Positions 26,232 through 40,909 of a stretch of DNA of 64,000 bases are shown one piece after another. The stretch is from assembly GCA_012295275.1 (NCBI GenBank), contig CM022673.1, positions 62,001 to 126,000 of the forward strand. The letters run 5' to 3'. This DNA comes from Chrysomallon squamiferum (Eukaryota > Animalia > Mollusca). The notes below the pieces were generated by a model. The model was not told the origin of the DNA, ran no database searches, and was given only the letters and a program-made list of their open reading frames with translations. The number at the start of each line of letters is the position of its first letter. The first letter of the stretch is position 1. A program made the translations under genes and the position numbers.

Positions 26232-27303
26232 ATAAAATTTTGTAGTATTAACAGTATTATAAATTAAATATTATTTATTTATTTATATATTTAGTTAATT
26301 ATTTATTTAAGTTTATAATATTACATAATATATACGAGTTGTTGTTGTTTAATGTTCACTTTTAAATCGTGTCTGCCATGTACAAACACATTGCACGAAA
26401 CTGTTGGGAATTACCTGTTATTCCAGTATGACATAATATGACATTTACCGAAATTATTATAAGATTTAATGTATGTGTATAAAGTAATTAATTTCTTACA
26501 GAACGAAGGTCTTGTATGCCATATTTCACACTTTCTTTTATTATTTTCTATCAAAAGGAGAGGAATTATAATCTCCATCTAGGCATAAGATGATGATCCT
26601 TAGACCGAGGGTTGAATCAAGCTGCGAAATCCTTGTTTAACTCACTATAACACTGAATAATAAACCAGTTTAGCTGTAGGTATCTAAACTGTAACCTGTT
26701 TGACTTATGTCATAATAAAGACCTTGCTAAAACAGTAAATGAGTTTTAGACCGAAAGTTCTGACGCAAATGAGATGTCTGTGTCTGTGGGTTGGGGCTGT
26801 GTGTGTGTACTGAGTTGAAAATAAAAATCAAATAAAAAAAAGATAAATTCACTTTAAAAAGTCAATCTGTTATAAATAATCTGGCTTTAAAGCTGTGAGC
26901 TCGAGTCAAGGTCAATTTAACACATTTACACTACAATGAATGAAAACTTGATATATGTAACATGCAAATCCGATTATCATATAATATGCATATCTAAACA
27001 CTCATAATTTATTTTTAACAATGGAGATTATAATTTATATATATAGGACAGTTATGATTCATTTATCGCCTATTATCTTTGTTTGAATGCAAGTGCCAGC
27101 GTGTTCTTTGGTTTTTAGAAAGAAACGTAACTCTTGGAACCTTAATCAATAATTAAAATAGAGTTATACGCAGAATGACTATCGACCGTATATCGGATGT
27201 CGGTGATTTTGTTGTTACTAATTCACGATTTATTAGTACCTTGATGAATATTTGAAGAGTATTAACAGACGTAACTAGTGTGTAAGTACCGTGCACAGAG
27301 AAA

Positions 27304-27744
27304 ATGTCAGAAAACAAATGCATTTTTTGCAAAATAATTGAAGGAACAGATCCAAAAACCGACTTCCTGTTAGAGAATGACGAATTCGTTGTATTCCGAG
27401 ATATTCGCTCCGCGACTAAGCATCATTACTTGGTGGTTCCTAAAATGCACAGAAATAATGCTGCATCTCTTAAAGGTTGCGATGTGACTTTACTCGAAAA
27501 TATGGTGACAGTAGGCAAAGAAGTACTCGAGAAGCAAGGAGCAGACGTAAATGAAATTCTGATGGGATTTCACTGGCCACCGTTCCACACCGTCTCCCAT
27601 CTTCATTTGCATGTGATATCATCTCTGGGTGAAATGGGATTTTTCGCACGTCTTATATTCAGGCCTAATTCGTATTGGTTTGTGACAGTGGATTGGTTAC
27701 TGGACAGACTAAGGAAAATGAATTCAGATTCACCAAAACTGTGA
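27304..27744 (+). CDS. HINT3: Histidine triad nucleotide-binding protein 3 (adenosine 5'-monophosphoramidase), single coding exon, 146 aa
   Basis: CIFCKI N-terminal motif, F(R)DIR.AT.HHYLVVPK.H, MGFHWPPF, HIT motif SHLHLHVI and the HINT3-type C-terminus FRPNSYWFVTVD. AAAATG start; AATAAA at 27757 and 27781. Confidence 0.93.
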   Translation: MSENKCIFCKIIEGTDPKTDFLLENDEFVVFRDIRSATKHHYLVVPKMHRNNAASLKGCDVTLLENMVTVGKEVLEKQGADVNEILMGFHWPPFHTVSHLHLHVISSLGEMGFFARLIFRPNSYWFVTVDWLLDRLRKMNSDSPKL

Positions 27745-28000
27745 TTAAATTTACAAAATAAATGTGATTGTACATTTGACAATAAAATTAATAACGAAAT
27801 TATCTAATGATGTGAGTAAGTAAACTAGAGTAATTTAACTGTAATAATGAAATCAGTTAATTTTCGACTGGCAGTTTTATTTTACATTGAATAACATTTT
27901 GAAACTGTGAGCCAGTACTATTGCTGATCAAAGGAAATTGTAATAAAACTTTTTCCTGTGTTTATTTTTTTGTAATGTGCGTGTTTGTGTTAGAAATAAA

Positions 28001-28079
<79 letters not shown>

Positions 28080-28364
28080 TTTGGCTTCAAAGGTACATAC
28101 ACCATACTGTTCGTATGATATTTTCTTTATTTTTGTGAAATTATAAAAGTCGCCCTTACTCCGATTATCTAAGTACTGAAAGATGTGTCGTCATATTTAC
28201 GTTTATTTATTTATTTATTATTACTACTACTACTACTAAATATATACAAAACAAAAAACAAACGTATTAACTTTAAAAAATATTTTAATATACAAAGGTC
28301 TATAACATGGATTATTTCATTATTTACGAATGTGTAAACAGATACGAAAGAAAAATCCAGTAAA

Positions 28365-30253
<1,889 letters not shown>

Positions 30254-31356
30254 TTTGGGTATTGGTTAGAACGGTAGTTCAAGAGCTGACTGAATAGTTA
30301 GTTGTTAGGAGTGATTAATATTTCTGTAATTTGTACCACGGTCAGGTGTGCGTTCTAGGAACAGACAGGTTGTAACTGAGATTATTATGTGTATCGTATT
30401 AAAGGACAAAACTACAATGTGTGCCTTTGAATATTTCACACCTATTGTTCTTAGTTTTGTGTAAATAAAAGTAATCCGCTAAGAATTAGGTCTGCACAGC
30501 TGGTGTGAACGTGGTATATAGTATTATAGTATAGGTAGTAATAAGTTGTTTTTTTTTAAAGAATGTTTGCTTTGGGGTGGGGACTTTTGAGGGCAGAGAG
30601 TATCATTTATTTATTTATTTATTTATTATATTTTATTTATTATTATTTTTATTATTATTATAATAATTTTTTTTTTTTTTTTTTTGAACGGTTTGATGTG
30701 AATATGTGTACTAGAGGTGTGTGTGTGTGTAAATTACAACTTTTAAAGAATTAGTTGTTTTTGGTATTTTGTGTTTGATTCTTTATTAGTAGTAGTAGTA
30801 GTAGTATTAACAGTAGTAGTAAAATATCTCAGGCTTCAGTAAGTTTAACGCTGTTCAAAATATTCACATTACTTAACTATAAAGACACGAGTCAAGATAC
30901 TCCCTTTTCATTTTGTATAATACTTTGATTCAGAACGAATAAAAGTTTCAAATAAATTGTATATGACATGTAAGTGTACCAGACTGTGTGAAATTATTAC
31001 TAATACTTGATGAAAACAAGTAACTGTTCATAAGTTTTTTGTGTTTTGTTTTTTTTGAGGTTTGGTGGCGTGTTGTTTTTTGGTTCGCTTTATTTGGGAA
31101 GTTATTGATGGAGGTTGGGTTTTTAATTATGATTTTTTATTTGTCATTGTTTGTTGTGTTTTTGTTGTGTTTTTCTTTTCTTTTCTTCTTTTTCAAAAAT
31201 GTTGCGAACTGATTGTTTAACAAAAAATAAAAAATAATAATTCATTAAAGTAGTTGGATTCTTCTGAATTTAACTTTCGACTGCTTTTCAGTGATATTTT
31301 TTATATAGTAAAAAGTAGTGGCATTTAAGTCAACCATCAAGCAGTCAATCAGTCGT

Positions 31357-31417
<61 letters not shown>

Positions 31418-31634
31418 ATACATTACTATAACAATACAACAGGACATATTTTCTTTACTGAATACTTCTTCGCATTCAATGATTAACAAAATAACTACAT
31501 ATTTAATTGTTCACTGTTTAATAAGAGACTTCTAATAATGTTATATACATTTAATATCTATTGTAAAAATAGATAAAGGTAATAATAATATAAAATTATA
31601 TAAACTTATATAAAAAAATATATTGTATAAATAT

Positions 31635-31717
<83 letters not shown>

Positions 31718-31947
31718 TCTGCAATCATGCATGTTATAACGGCATATCTGAGCAATAATAAAATATTCAAATTATTCATATTATCCATAATTATTACTAC
31801 ACGTTTTCATTTATGCTGATTTTAGGCGCTTCTTCTTCCTTTATTTATTTATTTATTATTTTTTTTTTTTTTTTTTTTTTTTTCCACCCAAAATTCCAAT
31901 TAAAAAAAAAAAAAAAAATGTCTTCTAAAATGTATCAGCCGAGATTC

Positions 31948-32300
31948 TCATAAACAATCCGCTGGTCCATGGACTTTTGAATGGGGCACGATTTTGCCTT
32001 CCTTTGCCGTAACACAGAAACAGTAACCTGTTTTGAATAATAATTATAACAACAACAGTAGCAGTAGCAGTAGTAGCAGTTGTTGTTGTTGCTATAATTG
32101 TAGTTGTTATAGTAAAAGTAATAATTGTATAGTAATAGTAGAAGTAGTAGTAGTTGTTGTTGTAGTAATTGTAGTAACAGGAGTTGTTGCAGTAGTAGTT
32201 GTTGTTTTTGCTGTGACAACAAACAACTTTAATTAAAATTAAAATGCTGAAAGAATGGTAGTTATACGCTCTTTCCATTGTCCACAAAGAAAGTAGAGAG

Positions 32301-32366
<66 letters not shown>

Positions 32367-32960
32367 CTAGACAGGATTAACAGAGGCAGAGATCTGGTAG
32401 AGAAAGGTAGAAAAACGTGTAAGGAATCATAACTATTTTATTTATTTTATTTATTTATTGCCCTTTGATTCAAATAAATACCTGATCTGTCGCACTGGTG
32501 CGGTAGAAAGAAGCCTTCTTTGTCGCACCTAGGCCCCAGCCACTGTTCAGACCACACTATCCAGCTCAGCATATTATGTTTTTTCATAGTTTCACAGAGA
32601 GTCATTTTTTCTGGAATTTTAAAGAAATAAAGCAAAAGAAATAAATAAATAATATTCATAATAATAATAATATATGATTATTATATTCACAGACACATAA
32701 CATTTAACATTCTGGCAGTGATGATAACAATGCTAGCCCGCTACTTACTCGTTTCCTGTTCTATCGCAATGCATCTGCCAATGCCCAACAAAACCCCGTT
32801 TGTACTGCACTTCAGTCCTTTGTCACACAGCCCTGCTTTCGCAAATCCATACACACTTCGTGCCGCCTGACAGGGTTCGCCCTCTAACTAAACAACATAA
32901 ACCACGATTTAATAGTTGTTCCTGAAATAATTTCATGCATCCGCAAAACGACGCACACAA

Positions 32961-32992
<32 letters not shown>

Positions 32993-33207
32993 AATATACG
33001 CACACAACTTTCAAATATATACACATGCACACACATACTCACACCTGTAACGTACATTTTTTTTTTTTATTGTTTTACATCATAATATATTTAAAGTTAT
33101 GAAATTATTACTGTAAATGTGCAGAAACTAGAGACATAAAATAATAAGCATTAATACAAAATGCTTTCTTGCTGTTAAATCAAGCAACCATTCAATAAAT
33201 ATTTAAA

Positions 33208-33247
<40 letters not shown>

Positions 33248-33461
33248 TATAACTGAGAAGAAGAAGTAAATGCAGTCATACCTTGGCACATGCATCTGTG
33301 CATCCACAAAAACCTCCCTTTTTAAGGACAGATCCTTTACAGTGCAATGGCTTCCTTGGTTTCTTCAGCACATACTCGCATAGGCCAGGGATGCACTCGA
33401 TTGAATTGGCTGTAGGCAAAATAGAGGCCAGTATGATGAAACGTACCACAGTAATTATCAT
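31948..33461 (-). CDS. Secreted Cys-rich protein B, tandem paralog of A: IGFBP/AmFPI-like domain and thyroglobulin type-1 domain (175 aa, 4 exons)
   Basis: Exons 33461-33282, 32887-32749, 32610-32482, 32027-31948, with the same intron positions and phases as A. IECIPGLC...CKGSVLKKGGFCGCTDACAKLEGEPC...CDKGLKC...GRC, then LCET...GPRCDKEGFFLPHQCDRSGYCFCVTAKEG...PADCL. Confidence 0.85.
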
Positions 33462-33559
33462 TTTCTATGTTAATCTTTTAATGCTAAAATAGAATTGTCG
33501 ACCTTTCGTTTCGAAATCAAAAATATTGCAGAAAAGATTTGTGCATGGTGCATGTATTA

Positions 33560-33800
33560 TGACGTAAACTTCCTGTAAACACGAAGGCTAATTCTGTGGA
33601 ATGAGATTTTTCATTAGCAGTTCTTGTATCTGACAACTGTTTTGAACTAGCTGTCCAGAAAAGCTACCTCCCTATAATTAAACCAATCTACTTAAAATCC
33701 ATAGCAACCATCATCCTGTAGACCAGCCATGATACAATAAACAACGAAGCTTTGCTTAATGTTGACGACGGTTTCCTACAACGTCATGCACATGACGTCA
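33560..33800. promoter_or_regulatory. CRE-containing promoter region upstream of protein B
   Basis: Perfect TGACGTCA palindrome at 33793-33800, adjacent ACGTCA half-site, TGACGTAA at 33560 and local CpG enrichment. Confidence 0.4.
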
Positions 33801-35030
33801 TTAACACGAGTAGACGTATTATTCTGCCTTATGGAAGATAAAACGGAGAATGTTGAAAGAAGATGATGATCATACGTCTGTTGGTACTTTTTCCCCTTCT
33901 AGAACGTTTGATCGGTATTATTAGATAACTGCTGCCATTTTACATACTGCTTATCTCTTCCTACATTTGTTTTTGCTGCTGTTGTTGTTATTAATTGTTT
34001 TGTTTTTTCATTTATATATTATATATTATTATTATTATTATTAAGCCTTGCCACGAAAATGTTTATGCGACAGTAATTTTGATAAGAATTGTTTGTTATT
34101 TCGACATGAGATTCATGTAATTCTTTGTCGACTGATAAGTATAACATTTATGAATCTTCATGAACTTCATTCACAAAAATAATGAATGCTTCCTTTTGCC
34201 ATTTGTGTTTTGGTACCTAATATGTATACGTTACAGTTGAGTTGTTGCAAAAAAATTACACCGATTTTGACTCCATCATTTTCTTTGAAGATATTAATTT
34301 TTTTTAAACTTAATATGAAGTCGTCGTTTGTATCTGCATAACGCTCAGCTCAGTTTGTAACTCCAGTGATATTTTTAACACATCATTGGTATTGGTCTTA
34401 CCTATGTACTATTTTGAATGCAATAATTATTTCTTTGTCTGACGATTGGCTACAGGTCAATCCAGTTTCTATACATTGCACATCTGGATTTCTCAGATAA
34501 GTACCAGATGAGAATAATATGTATGTAGGCCTATATAGATATGGGTCTCTATGAACATTTGTGCCTGTGTGTGTGTGTGTGTGTGTTATATACTGCATTC
34601 GTATCTGTGTCCCTAAATGTAAATGTACAGCATTATGTACTTATATATGTACGTATATCTAGACTGGTAGATAAATAGGTAGGTAGGTAGGTAGGTTGGT
34701 ATGTATGGGTGGCTAAGTAGGCGAGTGTAATAATAGGATGGTATTTTAACATATCAGAATATATAGCTTTCCGTTTCTTCGGTGATTATAGTTTTCCATT
34801 TCCTGAAAGGGGTGAATCCAACAACTTCAGGTTGTTTTACAGTAATAATAATAAGAAACTATAAACATCAAAATATTAATTATCAATCTGTATTTCAGTG
34901 AGAATTCAATTAATTTTCCGCTGTCACTTTATTTCATACTGTATCAACTCAGACTACTTGCACCCGACACGAAATTTCATAACCACTGACGCGTTAATGA
35001 GTGATGAATTTGTCCCGAAATACACACCTG

Positions 35031-35175
35031 TGCGCATGCGTATTTATAACGTACTGTTTATGGCAGTAATGGTCGTTTGAAGTGTTGAGTTTACGCATAG
35101 TTTACGATTCGTAAAGTAGAAGAAATATCTTATTCAAAACAGTAATTATTACATATTGCAGCTGATTTTTCTCAG
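35031..35175 (+). promoter_or_regulatory. Promoter and non-coding first exon of the dispanin gene
   Basis: NRF1-type TGCGCATGCG at 35031-35040, CpG enrichment and strong donor CAG|gtaag at 35175. The downstream coding exon starts right after an acceptor (ttgtag|T ATG, 36459). Confidence 0.55.
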
Positions 35176-36459
35176 GTAAGATTTTAATAGTATTTCGACA
35201 AAATTGCTCAACAAAAGGACTGCACCTTCCAGGTGCGTTGACCTAAATACCTGATCACTGATTTGTGATTACATACAAGTACTGTGGATACAGTTCCTAT
35301 TGAGGTCGTATCTGTTTATTATGTGTTAAATGATTTACACATTAGAATCATCACGGTTTTTTTTAAAATTATTATTATTATTTATAAAAATTATTATTTT
35401 AATTTCTTACAACGGTAGATCATTACAAAATCTTTGTCACAACCTAAAAAATATTTAATTCTTGACTATTCATTATAACTTCTGTATTCATAAAGATCAC
35501 GCACGTCAAGATACATCGATCTTGCAAGTCGTAAGTTTCATTTATGACTGACACTGTGACAGTTATTTCACTAGCCTTTTGAAAAACAAAGAAACGGCAA
35601 CAAAGCCCACAAAACCTACATTTTCATCTGCATGTTGAGATAAATGCGACTAATATACTATTTCTGTTATATTTGTAAACTTTTTAAATTATTATTTTTA
35701 TTTGATTTGATATTTTTTCCACCTTTTTTTTATTGTGATTTATTATAATAACATAGTGTCTGAGAAATATTGCTTAATAATTCAATGTTCGTTTTCATGT
35801 ATATTCGTAATATTGTTTATTTATAATTTACATTGATAAAATTCATTTTACCGTTTTTAACTGCCTTGTATAATGGGAAGATAATTATATGGACTTAAAG
35901 TGTTAAATGTATGTACACTGCTATGAATGCCATGGTCTTATTCATTGGTATAATACTACAGTTCCAAAACCAAGAGTGGATATGCTAAAATCGTAGACAC
36001 ACATAAACACTCAGGAATTAACACTGCATAACTGTACTTACTATGATATCCCAGCACACTGTATACTACAATAACTATATATATATAGTGTGATATATAT
36101 ATATAATTATATTTGTTATTTTTTTATTATTTTTATTTTTTATTTTTTTAATCATGCATACTTAGACCATTTATATATTTGACATTGTTTTTATTTATTT
36201 TTTTTTTTTTTCTCTGTGTGTTTGCATTTGTTTCCCTTTAAATCATTAAAACAAATAGTTATAGTTCTGGCAATAAATTAAATAAATACTACAGGTTTGT
36301 AATATAATAATGAGGTTAAATATTAAAATAATAATAATAATTATAATAATAATAATGTAAAAAAAAACAAAAAACAAAACAAACAATAGTAGTAATAAAT
36401 TAAGTAAATAAAATATCCCAAGTTTTTAGTTGACGTAAGTAACTGATTGTATTTGTAGT

Positions 36460-37297
36460 ATGACCACTCCAGTCCGAGGAGATGTCTACAAGACACCATC
36501 CAAGCAGGTACTGGTGACCCGTGATCCTGTTCTGACTCATCCATACATTTATGAAGGAAGATATATTGGACTGAAGCCACCAAACCATCTCTGGCTGTCC
36601 ATTTTTGTAACTGTTATTAACCCTCTCTTTGGACCTATTGCATTACTGTTTACATGTAAGTTGTGGGCTTTTAATACTCGACCAGTTTAATTGCATTTGA
36701 AATATTATTCTTGAATTTTGACAGTGCTTACTGTTGTTTTTTCTCTGTACCAAAATCATTATGAAAAGCTTACATAACAAACTTAAGTTTGTATATTTAT
36801 TGTGTTGACGATATTTGGTTTTTTAATTTATTTTTAACATTGTTTTTAAATAAAGGCCTGTTTAGTTCTTTATATCTGTTTCACAAGCCTTATGAATATA
36901 AGAAGTTTATAGTTGATTATTATATGTGATAAAGATTATATGATGTGTAAGGAGATATCTTAATTAATCCCTGTCAGTCAACCACCAATTAAACATTAAG
37001 TACTTTAATATATAAATGTTTATGTATAAAATGATGATGAAATCATTTTTGTTTTCCTCCTCTTTTTTCTGTCTTTAAAACTAAAACAACATTTTTTTTT
37101 TTATTATTATTATTATTTTTTTTTCCCCAGATATGTCAAACCGAGCTTACAGCATGGGAGATCTCAAGTTTTCACAGAAATGGAGTAACTATGCTTTTCT
37201 CATGGGAATGATTACTATTGTGGTATCCTTGATAATGTACATTGCAATAGGCTTTGCTCTCAGTCCACTGAGTACAAGAGGAGGACACAGTTACTGA
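36460..37297 (+). CDS. CD225/dispanin (IFITM/PRRT-like) membrane protein, 120 aa, 2 coding exons
   Basis: Exons 36460-36655 (T|gtaag) and 37131-37297 (ccccag|AT). Gives PPNHLWLSIFVTVINPLFGPIALLFTYMSNRAYSMGDLKFSQKWSNYAFLMGMITIVVSLIMYIAIGF: intramembrane segment, S...GD...S..A loop and a C-terminal TM helix, with the intron at the usual CD225 position. Confidence 0.82.
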
Positions 37298-39389
37298 CCT
37301 AAACAGTTAATTGAGATTTTGTGTGCCGTTATTAACAGGTCCATGATTGAAGTAATTATCTGTGACAATGTTTGATACAATAGTGCAAGATTTCTTTCAG
37401 TGTCCTTGACTGACATGAGCTCTGTTTGAAGATCAGGCATTCTAAGACAATGGAAATAACATTTGATTTCAATGGACATTTAACAATGAAAACTATTATA
37501 ATTTTTTAAATTACAGTGTTAAAATTTACTAGCCAAAACAACATGTGCTCCAATACCATGAAGACTCCAAGAGTGCATCTAAAATTTTTAGAGGTTAATC
37601 TCAGAATTTTACAAGGTCAAGCTGATAAACTATTTCATATTTTGAACAGGAGCAGCTGTTTCACAGACTAAAATTCTCATTTCAATCTTTATAATTGTAG
37701 AAAAGTCAAAGGCATTATTTCAAAAGAAATTGACTCATCAAGCCTGTTTGCTAACTTCATTCAATATTTCCTTGTAATACATAAGTGTTGGATGATGTCT
37801 GTGAATCCTAAAATCATTTAAGCAGCTGTATATCCCACTGCAAATAAATGTTCTGTAAAAGCCTTTCATAATCAAAGAATTAATATATCATTCCATTTTT
37901 ACTCAAAATCTATTTTTTAATTAATTTTAAATTATTTTTATAAATTTACTTACAATTTGTAATATATCTAATGACTAATTTAGGAATGAACATTCAGAAT
38001 AATACTTCACTATGCACTGAATCATGCTTATAGGCAGCATACCTGTAACATTCTATTTTCTCTTAAAATGTTCAAAACTTAATAAACTTAATACCTTAAT
38101 AATTTTCATATATAAAATAATATATTGTTATACTCGAGTCTCACTAAATTTATCCTGTTTTAAAGAGCTCTTGCTAATAAATAAATAAACCTGGAAAAAA
38201 ATGAAGCCACGATAAACAACTACCAAAAATATCATTTACAACAGTTTTACTATTAATGTATAATTATCTACCCCAGCAAAGTTGCAATTACAACTTGTTA
38301 AAAATTGTGGTGGGTCTATTGCAGAATACCAGTGCATTCTCTTTATTGAAAATTATTTATATCAAAATTCATAAATAACTTTGATTTATACATTTATAAT
38401 AAAATATTAGGAAGAACATATTAATGATAAACCTGTTTTATATTTTATTTGTCCTTTCAAATTGAGTAGATCACACATTTTTATTAACTTTTATGAGTCT
38501 AATGCATGTAAAAAAGAAGATAATTATATATCTCATTTTACTTATTATATTTTAAGTAGGGTCAGGAATTTTTTTTTAAATACATTTAAATATGTAATAA
38601 AACGCCCCCAAAAAACACATTCAGATATACAACATATTATAATGTAGATAATTACCATCATAAAAAATTATTGTAAATACATAATGGTTTTAATACTATA
38701 ATTTGCCAAGAATGCCTTAGCAATAGATTTACATATCAGTTAATCATATAAATATTTTTTACAATTTATATTGTCCATGTATTTACTTCATAGACATAGA
38801 TACATATTACGAATTTATAAATCATGAAATACCTTTATTTTATCTCATCTAAGTAAACCTTTTAACATCGTTATTTTAATTATTTTTTCCCTGAATATAA
38901 ATTAAATTTTAAGTTCCTACAAACTTTAGCTTAAAATTTGTAAAAATATATTGTTCTTTTCATTTAATAAATAAATAAATAAATAAATATTTTCCTTTAT
39001 AGAACATTCTAGTTTTGTTTCATGATCTTATTCTTATTATCATCGTCATCATTTAAATATCCATTTTTGTTTTTATCATTATTTTTACAAATAACTTTTT
39101 TAATTTAAAAAAAAAAAAAAATTATTTTGATTTTTCCCCCAAAATCCATTTTATTATGTATAATTTTGTAAATATTTCATATGATCCCTATAATGTGTAA
39201 TACAGACTGATTTATACGTATGATGAATAAAGATTATGTATACGGTATATAAGTATGTGTTATTTGTTAACATGAATGACAGTTACAACTGACCACGACT
39301 TTGTGTGTAACATTTTAATTTTTTAAAACGTAAAAAGTGCCACATGAGTTTTTATGGCACAGAAGTTGGAGGCAGACCATCAGTTAAAG

Positions 39390-39624
39390 ATTCAGTAGGT
39401 ATTTGGAGCTATTTCTCATTCCAGTCCCAGCTCAGTAACTGCTATAACAAAGGACGTGATGTGTATTATCCTGTGTATGGAATGGTTCATGAAAGAGTGA
39501 CCCTTCAAATGATGGCAACATGTTTCTTCTCTCATTATTGGAGTGGTCATTAACTATTATGTGTGAGCCAACTAATTTAATTACAGTATGTTTACTGAAT
39601 TGTTAAATAAAATAATTCCTTCCC
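39390..39624 (+). mobile_element. Probable decayed SINE-like interspersed repeat
   Basis: GC-richer island (gctatttctcattccag...taacaaaggacgtgatgtgtattatcctgt...gttaaataaaataattccttcc) resembling, from memory and unverified, an abundant gastropod SINE body and 3' end. Confidence 0.45.
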
Positions 39625-40814
39625 AAAATAAGGATCAGTTCAGATATTTAATTAAAAACATGGTCTTTTTTGTTTAAAATTCATATTCTACTTAACTAAT
39701 CTGTATGTAATATACATATACATGTATGTAAAAAACACTTGGAAGAAATGACATTATGCAAAATTTAAAATAATGGAAGCTGTATTTTTCTCCATCATTG
39801 CTTATTAAAACTTGAAAGCACTTTTAAAAATACAATTTATTCAAACATAGCATAAGATATATATATGTATTTGGGTGGTTGTTGGTTTTTGTTTACATTT
39901 ATTTTGACTGACAATTTAATTATGAACTGTCAACAGTTGTTAAATATGATATTAGCTACTGATTATATTATTTCTGATATTAAATCATTATCTCAAATAT
40001 TATTCATGCACTGGTTTTTTAAGTGTTTTTTTTGTTTATTTTTTTGTAATTATGAATTGTTTTTGTAAGCAGGACTTCACCTACTATCAATAACTTACTG
40101 TCAATAAGCAATAACTTCTTTTTTTTACAGGTGCTATTTTTTCAAAATCTGCATAGTGCCATTTCTGTCAGATGTCTTTTTTCGGTGCCATTTTTTCGAA
40201 ACCCTTACAAATAGGTAACATACATATTCAGTTTCCATACCGTGTAGTACATATCCTTAACAGTTCCCTATTTATATAAAAGACACTCGTACACACACAT
40301 ATTAAAAAAAGATTAACACATACTGCTCGTTCCTGATAATATCTTAGAGAAATTAAGTTAACTGTACCTGTAAGTTGTAACTAATAGTAATACTATATCC
40401 ATGGAGGTACAAACTTGGAGCCTAAAAATATAATAATAATTGTAAACATTCTACAAATAATTATTTTATATATTCACGACTGATGAAAATTAGCTGCCGT
40501 TTAACATTTCTCTGTTGGGTGCCGTTATTATCTATTTATTTACATTTTCTTTAATTGTGACGGAAACAACTAACATTTATGATTTACGATTTAATCTTTC
40601 AAATTTTCCTTTCATTGTAACTTCAGTTGTATGCTGTTGTTACTGTTTTTATTTATTTATCTCATTTTATCTTACTATAGTTTTTATTTTAATTTATGCC
40701 CTAAATAATAAATTTAAGTGAAGCTAAATGATAATTAACTATACACTATAAAATCAAATCAAAACAAAATTTGTCAGAAAACTTATCTTTTGACCACAAA
40801 GGCTGGAAGGAGTT

Positions 40815-40909
40815 GTTTCCCTTCCGGAAATATAATTAAAGGAAAATGGCAGACAAAAGTGTTTAATCGATTGAGGAAGTAGGTTTTAGCTTAAATTGAA
40901 AGCAACAAA
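40815..40909 (+). promoter_or_regulatory. NCKAP1 proximal promoter and 5'UTR
   Basis: ETS-type CTTCCGGAAA and YY1-type AAAATGGC within 100 bp upstream of the ATG. Confidence 0.45.

Noticed and set aside
26589-26656. ATGATGA...CTGA spaced ~65 nt apart, resembling a C/D box snoRNA
   Set aside because: No terminal stem, no clear C'/D' boxes and no recognisable rRNA/snRNA antisense element of 10 nt or more; such boxes arise by chance in AT-rich DNA.
31925-32287. Gln/Leu/Asn/Tyr/Thr-rich ORFs on both strands
   Set aside because: Trinucleotide repeats in intron 3 of protein B; the real exon 4 (32027-31948) is in a different frame.
40130-40204. Repeated GTGC(C/T)ATTT motifs ending in AAACCC, like a transposon subterminal array
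   Set aside because: Too short, and no partner end or TSD was found.
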